A stretch of 64,000 nt of DNA from an uncultured delta proteobacterium. GTDB lineage: Bacteria > Desulfobacterota > Desulfomonilia > UBA1062. Both the position numbers and the translations under genes were made by a program. The notes under the pieces are model-generated. The model saw only the letters and a program-made list of their open reading frames with translations, ran no database searches and was not told the DNA's origin. The DNA lies in assembly GCA_963785235.1 (NCBI GenBank), contig CAWAUM010000003.1, forward strand, positions 320,001-384,000. Reading direction: 5' to 3'. Of the stretch, positions 51,762 through 61,530 are shown piece after piece. How positions within the stretch are numbered: position 1 is the first letter of the stretch; each line of letters opens with the position of its first letter.

Positions 51762-54700
51762 ATCTTCTGCCTTCAAAGCCTTCAGCTTGGCCTTTTCAAG
51801 ATACATGACCAGGTCTGCCTGCTTGATACAGTTCTCAAGGTCTTCGCTTGTATGCGCCGTGGCTGAGCCTGTGGAGAAGCTTACGGATACATCCGGGCTG
51901 CTGGCATTGAAGTTTGCTTTGTACACCTTCATCCGATTAAGGGACTGTTCAAGGGATATGCCGTCCATTGATGGCAGGATTACGAGAAACTCATCACCTC
52001 CGATGCGCGCCACCATGTCTTCAGGTCTGAAGGTCTGCCTGAGGATGTATGCGGCATTCTTAATGAGCCGGTCCCCGGCAGCATGGCCTTCGCTATCGTT
52101 CACTGCCTTCAACCCGTCGATATCCACCATCAGTATGCTCACCGGATATTTCCGGCTTGTTTTCAGCCGTTCAATCTCAGTATCTGCATAGAGCCTGTTA
52201 TAGAGACCGGTCAACGGATCATGCAGGCTCAGGTAGCGCAGATGCTCCTCTGCCTCTTTCTGGAGAGTAATGTCTTCCATATGCACCATGACGAGGTTGG
52301 GAGGTACAAAGGCATATTTCACGACCATGTATTTCTTCTGGCCTGTGGTCCTCAAAGTATCCCAGAACTTGTTTTCAATATTGATGCGTTGTGCCAGACA
52401 CTTGTGCATGTCATCAGTGATCCATGCCTTGCCATCATAGAACCGGCTGGCAGAGATATCCTTGAAGCCGGAGATCCTGCCCCTGGTAAACTCCAGGGCC
52501 GCATCGTTGTAGTCGATGAGAAAAAAATCTCCGTCCTTGTGTTCCCAGATGTATGTGGGCACAGGGATACCCATGAACTGTACCCTGAATCGCTCCTCGC
52601 TCTGCCTGAGGGCTTCTTGGGCCTGTATACGTTCGGTGATATCGTCGCCGGAACTCAATGCACCGATAATAGACCCCTTTTCGTCTCTGAGAACTGCATT
52701 ATGCCAGGCAAACAACCTCCTTTCCCCGGATTTCGTCAGGAGGGCGCTTTCAAGGTACCTGGCGGGCTCGGCCTCGCCTGCTATGATCCGGGTGAAGACA
52801 CCGGCCGCTGAAGGTATCTGATCTTGCGGAATTACGACCTCAAACCAGTTTTTCCCGATTATCTCAGTTTCCTGATAGCCTGTCAGCTCGCAGCCCTTGC
52901 GGTTGATAAGGGTCACCTTACCATTCGTGTCGAGGACCAGGAGCATTACCTCTGCGGTATCAAGGTAGATCTGCACAAGATCCCGCTCCTTCTGCAATGC
53001 CTGCTCCATTTGCCTGCGTTCAGCAACCTGCCATATGGAATGCATGAGCAAGGTAAGCTGCTGGACGTCTGAATTGCTGTAATTTGCCTCTTTATTTGCG
53101 ACCCCCACCACGGCAACAATCCGTTCTTTGCTGAAAACCGGTATGGTCAGGAACCGGTGAAGGCTGGCATGGCCCTCAGGATACCCCTTTTTCAAAAGAT
53201 GAGGTGCCTGATAATCATTTAATATAATCGGTTTTGCCTGCCTGACAGCCTCACCCCAGATGCCTGTCTTATCCAGCTGGTAAAGGGTTTTCTTTTCATT
53301 GATGCTGCACTCCTTCATCACATCCTTTGACCAGGTATTGAGGGTGAACTCCTGCGAAACATCATTATAGAAATAGATGTACCCTATCTTGCTTCCTGTG
53401 AGCTTGATGGATTCATCCAGGGCGTAGTCCAATAGGTCCTGGACAGAGTCGAATGCCCCCTGCGATATGCGCAAGAGACTCTCCATCCTGAGCTGGTTTA
53501 TCCTGGCCTCTTCTTCTAAACTGTTGCGCTCGGAGATGTCCTGAACCCAGATGGTTACCCCTATAGCTCTGTCTTCTTCGGTATCCCTAAGCAACCATGC
53601 CCTGACACTGGTGGGGAAAAGGGTACCATCTTTACGGATCCATTCCCTGTCATGGAATTCCGAATATCCGCGTTTGAAGAGCTGGTTTCTGATAAGGTCT
53701 GCATCAAAGTCTCGCCACTTTTCCGGAATGAGATCCTGGTAGGGACGGCCCTTGATCTCGCCAGAGGTATACCCTGTCATGTCCAAGGTCGCCTGATTGA
53801 CATCCACAATAAGCCCGCCTAGATCGCAGATTACGAGTCCTTCCTTGCTCTGTTCAAAGAGGCTGCGGTAATTTTTCTCACTTATCCTCAGCTCGCCAGT
53901 CCGCTTCTCTACAAGGGCCTCTGCCCTCTCCTGCCTTGTGAGGGCGGCGTGGAGGTACAAGGACAGGATAGCAGTGAGCAAGAACCCTACAGGCAGAATC
54001 AACCAGTGCCACAGGGAGTAGTGCCGCTTAAGGTAGACCGGACCTGTCACGATATCGATGCGCCACTGACGGCCTGCGAAAAGAAACTGATGTTCATATC
54101 GCAAAGGTAACGGATAGAGCCGAGAGAACGATGCCCCGACCTGCCCTGACCTCAGCCGCGGCGCCCAGTGATGGATGAGGCGCTTTCCTTCCGGTGCTGA
54201 AACATCCAGGAGTTCGGTGGGCATATCAGCCGGCGGCGTCGGCTCGATAGCAGCGCTCATTACATCATATCCGCGGAATACGCCTACTATAAAACCGGTT
54301 AAAGCAACCCTTCTCTGTTCCACAGTGCCGACAGGCAATCCCTGACGATAAACCGGTTTGAAGATCAGGAACCCGGCGGGGCTAACATCACCCTGTGATA
54401 GGATAATCCGGCCTGTAGCAACGGTTTCTCCAGAGTCACATGCCTTATGAAAAGACTGAAGCCTTTCAGGATCAGTCCCCAGGTCGAAACCAAGGACCTT
54501 TTCATTACCCGCTGCAGGCTCTGCATAATATATGGGATAATAAACCTGCCTGCTTTTTGCAGGAATCAGGTTCCCTTGCCGGTCCAGTTCGGTGAACCGG
54601 AACCCCTCAAGCCCTCCACTGCGGGCACTTTTTTCAAAGACAGCCCTATCCTTCCCCATAACCCTGGGTACCCACTGGATGGTCTGTCCCCTGTACTCTC

Positions 54701-54998
54701 CGGTAAGGACCGGGGCAACAAAATCCGTGAAACCGGCACGATTGATTTTCTGCATACCCTCCACGTACCTGCCCAGCATTTCAATACGACTTAAAAGTTG
54801 ATTCAGCTCATCAATGACAAGGTGGCTCCGTATACCTGCATCGCTTTGAAAATATCCCCGGAGCCTTGCATTGACATCATTGTGTGCAATCCAGAAAAGT
54901 CCTGTTGTCAGGGCGCCACAGACGGACACAATAATAAACAGGCCAAAAAAACGCCCTGCATTAAAACCGAAAGGATATGGATCTTTCATGCTCTTCAT
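51759..54998 (-). CDS. Diguanylate cyclase (CHASE-PAS-GAF-PAS-PAS-GGDEF)
   Basis: Two TMs around CHASE (LGFDL), GAF (GIWGEAVRQ), DPLTGLYNR, I-site RPED, intact GGDEF. Confidence 0.93.
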   Translation of the reverse strand: MKSMKDPYPFGFNAGRFFGLFIIVSVCGALTTGLFWIAHNDVNARLRGYFQSDAGIRSHLVIDELNQLLSRIEMLGRYVEGMQKINRAGFTDFVAPVLTGEYRGQTIQWVPRVMGKDRAVFEKSARSGGLEGFRFTELDRQGNLIPAKSRQVYYPIYYAEPAAGNEKVLGFDLGTDPERLQSFHKACDSGETVATGRIILSQGDVSPAGFLIFKPVYRQGLPVGTVEQRRVALTGFIVGVFRGYDVMSAAIEPTPPADMPTELLDVSAPEGKRLIHHWAPRLRSGQVGASFSRLYPLPLRYEHQFLFAGRQWRIDIVTGPVYLKRHYSLWHWLILPVGFLLTAILSLYLHAALTRQERAEALVEKRTGELRISEKNYRSLFEQSKEGLVICDLGGLIVDVNQATLDMTGYTSGEIKGRPYQDLIPEKWRDFDADLIRNQLFKRGYSEFHDREWIRKDGTLFPTSVRAWLLRDTEEDRAIGVTIWVQDISERNSLEEEARINQLRMESLLRISQGAFDSVQDLLDYALDESIKLTGSKIGYIYFYNDVSQEFTLNTWSKDVMKECSINEKKTLYQLDKTGIWGEAVRQAKPIILNDYQAPHLLKKGYPEGHASLHRFLTIPVFSKERIVAVVGVANKEANYSNSDVQQLTLLMHSIWQVAERRQMEQALQKERDLVQIYLDTAEVMLLVLDTNGKVTLINRKGCELTGYQETEIIGKNWFEVVIPQDQIPSAAGVFTRIIAGEAEPARYLESALLTKSGERRLFAWHNAVLRDEKGSIIGALSSGDDITERIQAQEALRQSEERFRVQFMGIPVPTYIWEHKDGDFFLIDYNDAALEFTRGRISGFKDISASRFYDGKAWITDDMHKCLAQRINIENKFWDTLRTTGQKKYMVVKYAFVPPNLVMVHMEDITLQKEAEEHLRYLSLHDPLTGLYNRLYADTEIERLKTSRKYPVSILMVDIDGLKAVNDSEGHAAGDRLIKNAAYILRQTFRPEDMVARIGGDEFLVILPSMDGISLEQSLNRMKVYKANFNASSPDVSVSFSTGSATAHTSEDLENCIKQADLVMYLEKAKLKALKAED

Positions 54999-55028
54999 CA
55001 GATCTCACCTTAGATGAATTACGTACCT

Positions 55029-55739
55029 TTAGCCATTTTTCCCTTCCGAGAAGAAGTGCTTAAACAGGTGGCGAATATCTTCAAGGGAGTCTTGGATAAC
55101 AAAGGGAACCGCCTTGGCATATACATCCAGAAAAATTATGGCATTCACTGTTGAATCTGTATCCGAGGCGGCCTTCAAACGTTTTGCCATGTTCTGATTC
55201 ACAATTTCGATCTTCTTATAAAATTCCTTGAGCCCCTTACATTCGATATCCGGGTCATGGCCCTGTTTTTTCATGAAATATTGGGCCAGAAGGTACATGG
55301 AAGTGGCCCGATATATGGTCTCATCCTCGCTGGCCAGAGGCAGATGATACCTTGCCATAGGCCTTAAAAAGACCGTATGCGGGCACCCTGATGTAGCACT
55401 GATAAGGCCCATTAAAGAGCTGATGGCCCTCTGGGCCGTTGTCTCCTGGAATACTGTCCTCTCTTGGGTTATTACCGTAAGTTTAATGATGTCATAAGAC
55501 ACCTGGTCTTCAAAGCGCCTCACCACATCAACGAGATGTGCCGCCAATGGGCAACTGGGATGCTCCGGGGTTTTCAAAGGACAATGCGGACATTGATGAA
55601 AACCCAGATCGGTCCATTCCTGCAGGGATTCAGGTGTGTCGGCAAGCAGACTTAAGTCATGAGCATCAATTACGAGATCAAAGACCTTCTCACCTCCTGT
55701 ATCAGAGGCAAAGCGGTATCGGACAGAGATTGTCTGCAT
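55029..55739 (-). CDS. Conserved Cys-containing hypothetical protein (DUF6901-like)
   Basis: WT.L..HQCPHCPL...CP, SGCP...L.PMAR.HLP, ET.YR. Confidence 0.7.
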   Translation of the reverse strand: MQTISVRYRFASDTGGEKVFDLVIDAHDLSLLADTPESLQEWTDLGFHQCPHCPLKTPEHPSCPLAAHLVDVVRRFEDQVSYDIIKLTVITQERTVFQETTAQRAISSLMGLISATSGCPHTVFLRPMARYHLPLASEDETIYRATSMYLLAQYFMKKQGHDPDIECKGLKEFYKKIEIVNQNMAKRLKAASDTDSTVNAIIFLDVYAKAVPFVIQDSLEDIRHLFKHFFSEGKNG

Positions 55740-55966
55740 GGAAATATTTATCGGATTTTTTTATGATAATACTGATGAGATAATTGGTAACCTTACGATA
55801 TGGGATAAGATCTTCAGCGTGCATGGGTATGATCAGGATAAAATGGATTCTTTCCGGTTGCCCCGGAAGAGTTTCTGGGGTATTTGCAGAAATCGCATAG
55901 AGTTCTCCGGTGATAAATGGTTATATGTTCAGTACCCGACACATCACTTGATTAGGTTGTCGCACT

Positions 55967-57160
55967 ATGTATGAAAAGCATTTCGGATTTAAGATAAAAC
56001 CTTTCCAGACCATCCCCAATCCTGAAGTATTTTACCCCAGCCCCAAGCATGAGAATGCACTTACCTATCTTGAATATGGACTCATGGAAAGGACAGGGTT
56101 CATTCTCCTGACAGGTGAGATCGGTTCCGGCAAGACGACACTCATCAAGCATCTCATCAATAAAATCGAGTCACAGATTGACATTGCAGTTATATTCAAT
56201 ACAAATGTCACCGCCGAACAGCTCATAGGTTTGATCCTGAACGAATTCGAGCTGGCCCCGGGCAATGGCTCCAAGGCAGATGCCCTGAACAACCTCTACC
56301 TGTTCCTCATAGAAAAATTTGCAAAGAACCACCGGGTGCTGCTCGTCATTGATGAAGCTCAAAACCTCAGCCGTGACGCGCTGGAAGAAGTGAGGATGCT
56401 GTCGAACCTCCAGAGTGACGACCAGATGCTCTTACAGATCATGCTCGTCGGCCAACCCGAATTGAGGACAAAGATCAGAAAACCGAACCTTGCCCAGCTC
56501 AATCAGCGTATTACCGTTGCCTACCATCTCCCTGCGCTGACCCGGGAGGAAACAGAGGGCTATATCACCTTCCGGATCGAGAAGGCCGGAGGTAAGGCCG
56601 ATATCTTTACGCACGAGGCAATTGATCTGATCCATGAAACGAGCATTGGTATCCCACGGACCATCAACATCATCTGTGATACTGCCCTTGTTTATGCATA
56701 TGCAGACGACCTTGAAAATATCAATGCACCCGTTATCCAACAGGTGATAGCTGATAGGGAGGGTACGGGTCTGTCTTACCACTCTGCCGAGATAACCGAT
56801 CAAAAGAATCGTTATCAGGGTAGCAGTTCCCTCATACAAAGAATTGAGACCCTCGAAGAGGGCCTAAACAAATTCCAAATACATGTGGCTACCAGGATGG
56901 GGGAATTGGAGAAGACTGCACATTGCTATCAAGATGAACTTCTCAATCAGTTAAAGGATCAGTATGACCGTGAGCGCACGAAAAACGAGAAAATCTTTGT
57001 AGAATATGCCAAGCTTAAGGAAAAGTACCTCAATCTTCTAAGAAAGCTTAAAGGGGATCATGTTGATGGTTCTCATATTCAGGTAAAAGAGGAACTCGCC
57101 AAGGCCAAAACGAAAAACAGCAGTAAAAAAAGAAACGATAAAATGAAGGCAGTTACATAG
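55967..57160 (+). CDS. ExeA/GspA-family AAA ATPase with coiled-coil tail
   Basis: Y..HFGF...PF, TGEIGSGKT, IDEAQNL, LVGQPEL, GIPRTINIICD. Confidence 0.9.
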   Translation: MYEKHFGFKIKPFQTIPNPEVFYPSPKHENALTYLEYGLMERTGFILLTGEIGSGKTTLIKHLINKIESQIDIAVIFNTNVTAEQLIGLILNEFELAPGNGSKADALNNLYLFLIEKFAKNHRVLLVIDEAQNLSRDALEEVRMLSNLQSDDQMLLQIMLVGQPELRTKIRKPNLAQLNQRITVAYHLPALTREETEGYITFRIEKAGGKADIFTHEAIDLIHETSIGIPRTINIICDTALVYAYADDLENINAPVIQQVIADREGTGLSYHSAEITDQKNRYQGSSSLIQRIETLEEGLNKFQIHVATRMGELEKTAHCYQDELLNQLKDQYDRERTKNEKIFVEYAKLKEKYLNLLRKLKGDHVDGSHIQVKEELAKAKTKNSSKKRNDKMKAVT

Positions 57161-57202
57161 TTTAATTTAAAATTTTGTGTTCAAGAGGCATAAAATCCGG
57201 TT

Positions 57203-58453
57203 TTAATCCTTCATCGTCACCTTCACTCTGACAATGCGGTTGCCTCGCATACGTTCAATCTTCAACAGCATACCCTCATATGTCAGGGTGTCGCCCTCCT
57301 CGGGTATGCGGTCCAACTGCCCATAGATAAGGCCTGAGAGGGTGTCATAATCGACGGGAAACTCCTGGCCGATAGCACGCTCAAGGTCAAGCAGGCTCAT
57401 GGAGCCTGTCACAATAAAACTCTTGCCGCTCACCGGAACAAGGGGAGGTCGGATTATGTCGTGCTCATCGGCAATGTCTCCCGTGATCTCTTCGATGATA
57501 TCTTCCAGGGTGATTCCACCTTTCACCGTGCCGTATTCATCCACGACAAAGGCCATGTGCAGATGCATGTTCTGGAAATCAATGAGCTGTGTCAGTATGG
57601 ACTTGGTCTCGGGCACGAAGTGGGCTTCCCGCATGTTGTCCTTCAGTACGAATCCTTTTCTCTCCTTGATAAAAGGCCATATGTCCTTGATATGGAGGAA
57701 ACCTATGATGTTATCCTTTCTGTCCTTGTACACCGGATACCTGCTGTGGTTCTTGGTCGTAACCGTAAACACCACATCATCGAAGGTGCTGTCAGCCGAT
57801 ATGAACATCATCTCGTTCAGCGGCAACATCACCTTTCTCACCGGAACCGAGTCCATATCCATGATGGCGATGAGCATCTTTGCCTTTGCCTCGGGGATAA
57901 AGCCCTCCTCGTGTCCCATGGTTATGAAAGACCCTACATCCTCCTCTGTGAGATGTTCGGAATGACCGGTCTTGAGCCCAAACAGGGCAAGGATACCCCC
58001 CGCCATCATGGAGAGCACCCTGACAATGGGATTAAATGCCTTGATAATGAACTTGATGGGCTGCGAGAAGAAAAGGGCCACGATTTCCGGACGGTATGCG
58101 GCAAGCGTCTTGGGGGTTATCTCCCCGAAGACAAGGATGAGCACGGTCATGGTTATGGTTGCATACAGGATACCCCGCTCTCCGAACAGGGAGATGAAGA
58201 GCGCCGTGGCAAGTGCCGAGGCAAGGATATTTACAAAGTTATTTCCCAGAAGGATGGCACTGATGAGTCTCTCAGGCTGCTTCAGGATTTCCTCCACCCG
58301 CTTGGCCTTGGTGTTGCCCTTCTCCACGAGCGACCTGATCCGGTACCGGTTCACCCGCATGAATGCAGTTTCGCTCGACGAAAAGAACGCCGACAATACA
58401 ACGAGAACGATGAGGATGAGGATATATGCGATCTCGTCGGCCCTGGTAATCAT
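57203..58453 (-). CDS. CNNM/CBS/CorC-HlyC family transporter
   Basis: FFSSSETA, GNNFVN, GEITPK, HSRYPV, VDEYG, EDIIEEI. Confidence 0.92.
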   Translation of the reverse strand: MITRADEIAYILILIVLVVLSAFFSSSETAFMRVNRYRIRSLVEKGNTKAKRVEEILKQPERLISAILLGNNFVNILASALATALFISLFGERGILYATITMTVLILVFGEITPKTLAAYRPEIVALFFSQPIKFIIKAFNPIVRVLSMMAGGILALFGLKTGHSEHLTEEDVGSFITMGHEEGFIPEAKAKMLIAIMDMDSVPVRKVMLPLNEMMFISADSTFDDVVFTVTTKNHSRYPVYKDRKDNIIGFLHIKDIWPFIKERKGFVLKDNMREAHFVPETKSILTQLIDFQNMHLHMAFVVDEYGTVKGGITLEDIIEEITGDIADEHDIIRPPLVPVSGKSFIVTGSMSLLDLERAIGQEFPVDYDTLSGLIYGQLDRIPEEGDTLTYEGMLLKIERMRGNRIVRVKVTMKD

Positions 58454-58476
58454 CTCCGTATCCTACCCCCTGAAGT

Positions 58477-60129
58477 TTAATCGAATAAGACCATCTGATC
58501 AGGTTTCGGCTTCTTGTGCTTCACAATTGTCTCTTCAGTATTCCCGGCAGGGATACGACCCACGAACTCCGACGGGAAATCTTCCGGACATACAAGGTAG
58601 AGCAGGTCTTTTGCCCTGGTCATGCCTACATAGAACAGGTTCTGCTCCTCTTCAAGGGAAGACCCGGAGAGCGGGAATACCCCCCTCATGAGCCCTGCCA
58701 TGAAGACGCACCTGAATTCAAGCCCCTTGGCAGCGTGCGCCGTTATGACATGGACCTTCTCGGCTCCCAGGGCGCTCTGGTCATTGCTGAGTTTGAGGAA
58801 CTCCACAAAATTCTCTGCGTTATCACCAAATAATTGTGCATATTGATAAAAAGGGCTCCCGGCATCCAGAAGCGGTAGCTTAAAGAAGTCCGACGCCTCT
58901 ATCTTCGTGACCCGCTCAGAAACAGACCCGGTCAAACCTTCCAGAAAAACCGCGGCCTGCTTAACCCTGTCTTGCACATGGCCGGCAGGATCCAGTCCTG
59001 ATTGAATACATTTCAAGGCCTGTTCCCCTACCCCTTTCACCGAATGCTCCCACCGGCTGCCCAAAAGCAGCCCGATGCGCTCCCTGATGCCGGGCATTGC
59101 GGCAAAAGGCCCGGCATAGGCGGTATCGTGAGGGATTGATGCCCGTGCGAGCGCCTCCATTACGGGCACTGCCTGGCTTTTGGTGCGAACGATTATTGCC
59201 ATATCACTTAATCCATATTCACCCTTTGCCTTGCCCACGCTCGTTTGGGTGAGCCCGCCTGAAAGGGCTTCGATCTCGTTGGCAATGAATTCATAGGGCC
59301 GGCCGGTTCGAACGATCTTTATTGGTGATGTTTCCCGCTGAGAGCATACCGCATCGGTGTTAATAAAGGCGTTGGATGCAAACGCCATGTGCATGCCCAG
59401 ACGGTGGGTGGCACTCAGGTGTATCTTCATGCATTCGGAGCTGTCTTGGATGAAATCCTCAAAAGAGGCCTTGCTGCTGCCCCGAAAACCGTATATGGCC
59501 TGGTTCGGGTCGCCGATGACCATAACGCTCCTGGCACCTTTGCTTAAGATCTTGAGAAACGAATATTGCAACGGGTTGATGTCCTGGAACTCATCAACCA
59601 TGACATGGAGAAAATGCTTTGTGCATAACCCGGATGAAACAATCCGATTAGCCTCGGCAATAAGCCCTTCGTAGGTAAAAATCCTTCGGGATTTCATGAG
59701 TTCGACCAGTGCCGCCTGTTCCGGGGCAAGCGTCTTCTCTGTGCCCTGCCGGAAGACCAGGTCATCCACCCATTTCTTTACATCCTTATCGATATCCGGT
59801 GCAGCCATCTTTTCCAGCATGTCCTCGTCGGCCACTTCAAATGCTATGCCTGCCCCGTGCAAAATCCGGGCTGCCAGGGAATGGAAGGTGCTGACTTCAA
59901 TCCCGTCTCCCCTGCCATCTTCTCCACTCCGGCCAAGCCGGTTCCTGATCTCCTGGGCGGCTCGGTTGGTAAAGGTGACGGCCAGGATCGATGTTTCTCC
60001 CTTGTCTATGAGCCCCCTGATGCGTTCAACAAGGACACGTGTCTTACCCGTGCCCGGCCCTGCAATTACGGCGATAGAGCCTTCCTTCCATGCAACAGCT
60101 AAGCGTTGTTCATCATTGAGCTGCATCAT
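58477..60129 (-). CDS. UvrD/Rep-family SF1A helicase (possibly the C-terminal part of an EndoQ-UvrD fusion)
   Basis: AGPGTGKT, TFTNRAA, DEFQD, GDPNQAIYGFRG, HAAKGLEF, YVGMTRA. Confidence 0.9.
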   Translation of the reverse strand: MMQLNDEQRLAVAWKEGSIAVIAGPGTGKTRVLVERIRGLIDKGETSILAVTFTNRAAQEIRNRLGRSGEDGRGDGIEVSTFHSLAARILHGAGIAFEVADEDMLEKMAAPDIDKDVKKWVDDLVFRQGTEKTLAPEQAALVELMKSRRIFTYEGLIAEANRIVSSGLCTKHFLHVMVDEFQDINPLQYSFLKILSKGARSVMVIGDPNQAIYGFRGSSKASFEDFIQDSSECMKIHLSATHRLGMHMAFASNAFINTDAVCSQRETSPIKIVRTGRPYEFIANEIEALSGGLTQTSVGKAKGEYGLSDMAIIVRTKSQAVPVMEALARASIPHDTAYAGPFAAMPGIRERIGLLLGSRWEHSVKGVGEQALKCIQSGLDPAGHVQDRVKQAAVFLEGLTGSVSERVTKIEASDFFKLPLLDAGSPFYQYAQLFGDNAENFVEFLKLSNDQSALGAEKVHVITAHAAKGLEFRCVFMAGLMRGVFPLSGSSLEEEQNLFYVGMTRAKDLLYLVCPEDFPSEFVGRIPAGNTEETIVKHKKPKPDQMVLFD

Positions 60130-61433
60130 GGGCCGTTCAGGGGTTGCCTCGGTCTTTTTTCCCCGGGGGATGTCCTCTTCTTCCTCACCGGCGCATCAAC
60201 AACACCTTTGCTGAAGAGCATGTCCTGCTCGTTATCCTTAAATACCCGTACACGGCCGAACTTTCCGTCGTACCCAGCTTCCTTGTCCACCTCGCCCAGC
60301 CTCATACGCTTTACAGCCAGTGCAATGATTTCTCCGGCCACGGACTTTATCTCATCCAGGTCCGCATCCAAAAGCAGCGGCAATTCACCGCCCAGGCTTC
60401 CGGTAAGCTTCTCGGACAAGGCCATTACCCTTTTCGTGGGGCTCGCCACATGCATGATCTCAGAGAGTATTTCGGTCAACGGGATGAGTGAATAAAAATG
60501 CCTGGCGCTTTGAGGCCGCTCGCCTTCAGGCCGGTCGGCAAGCTCCTCCACACGGTTCAACACACCTACCGTGAGCGGCTTGCCGCATTTTGGGCAGAGG
60601 CCTTTATACTCCCTTGTCTGCTCCGGCATGATCACCACACCGCAGTCCCGGTGGCCGTCCAGGTGGTACTTGCCCTCCTCTGGAAAGAACTCCACGGTGC
60701 CCAGCAGGCCAACGCCGGTGGCCATGGCATTGCGGATGGCATAGTAGTCAAGCCCGCAGTCAAAGACCGTTGCCTCGCGCCCCAGTTTTTCCGCAGAGTG
60801 GGCATCCGAGTTGGAGATGAGGTGATACCGGTCCAGGCTCTTCACCATCCAGTTCATGGGCGGGTCGGAAGACAAGCCGGTCTCCACGGCAAAGATGTGG
60901 GGCTCCAGGTCGATATAGCACTCCTTGATGGTATCGAAGCCGGACTTTGACCCCAGGGCGGAGAACCACGGCGTCCAGATATGGGCCGGGATCAGGAAGG
61001 CATCCGGGCTTGCCTCAAGAACGATCTCCAGCAGATTCCGGGAGGTGATGCCGAGAATCGGTCTGCCATCCGAAAGGATGTTGCCTACCTTTGCAAGAGA
61101 GACCCCTATTCTCTTTGCTGTTGCCAGGTCAGGTGCGCCGATGACGTGGTGCACCTTGCGGACCTTGTCGCCCTGTTTATATATGGTGCTGATCTCTCCG
61201 GTCAGGATGAAACGCGTCTGCGGAGCGTCATTCTTGAGGCGGTACATGCCGGGTTCGGCCTGGACAAGCTCCTCCTCCATCTCCTTGACCCATGACGGGT
61301 GCGTGAGGTCTCCGGTGCCGAGCACGGCGATGCCTTTTCTCACGGCGCCCCTCCCCAGTTCGGGAATGGTGAGGCTGCGGCTGGTGGCACGGGAAAAACG
61401 GGAATGGACGTGCAGGTCGCAGAAAAATCTCAT
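60126..61433 (-). CDS. Endonuclease Q-like PHP-domain protein
   Basis: DLHVHSRFSRATS, GTGDLTHP, PAHIWTPW, ETGLSSD, NSDAHS, GKYH..GHR.C, CPKCGK. Confidence 0.9.
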   Translation of the reverse strand: MRFFCDLHVHSRFSRATSRSLTIPELGRGAVRKGIAVLGTGDLTHPSWVKEMEEELVQAEPGMYRLKNDAPQTRFILTGEISTIYKQGDKVRKVHHVIGAPDLATAKRIGVSLAKVGNILSDGRPILGITSRNLLEIVLEASPDAFLIPAHIWTPWFSALGSKSGFDTIKECYIDLEPHIFAVETGLSSDPPMNWMVKSLDRYHLISNSDAHSAEKLGREATVFDCGLDYYAIRNAMATGVGLLGTVEFFPEEGKYHLDGHRDCGVVIMPEQTREYKGLCPKCGKPLTVGVLNRVEELADRPEGERPQSARHFYSLIPLTEILSEIMHVASPTKRVMALSEKLTGSLGGELPLLLDADLDEIKSVAGEIIALAVKRMRLGEVDKEAGYDGKFGRVRVFKDNEQDMLFSKGVVDAPVRKKRTSPGEKRPRQPLNGP

Positions 61434-61530
61434 AGGGAATCCTTCTCTCTGTATAGTCCTTGATATTCTTTCAATTGCCGCGACAAGGTAGCTTGCCGAG
61501 GGAGAACTGTTCTGCTATGGTGTCGGGTAT

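Noticed and set aside
55967-57160. ExeA ATPase as part of a T2SS, PEP-CTERM or transposon locus
   Set aside because: No gsp, exosortase or transposase neighbours; treated as an orphan.
60150-60170. Programmed -1 frameshift at A-AAA-AAG between EndoQ and UvrD
   Set aside because: The A AAA AAG phasing lies in the downstream frame, not the EndoQ zero frame (GGG GAA AAA AGA); a homopolymer error is simpler.
58477-61433. Nuclease+helicase pair as a Gabija-like defence system
   Set aside because: The nuclease is PHP/EndoQ type, not OLD/TOPRIM, and the context is housekeeping.
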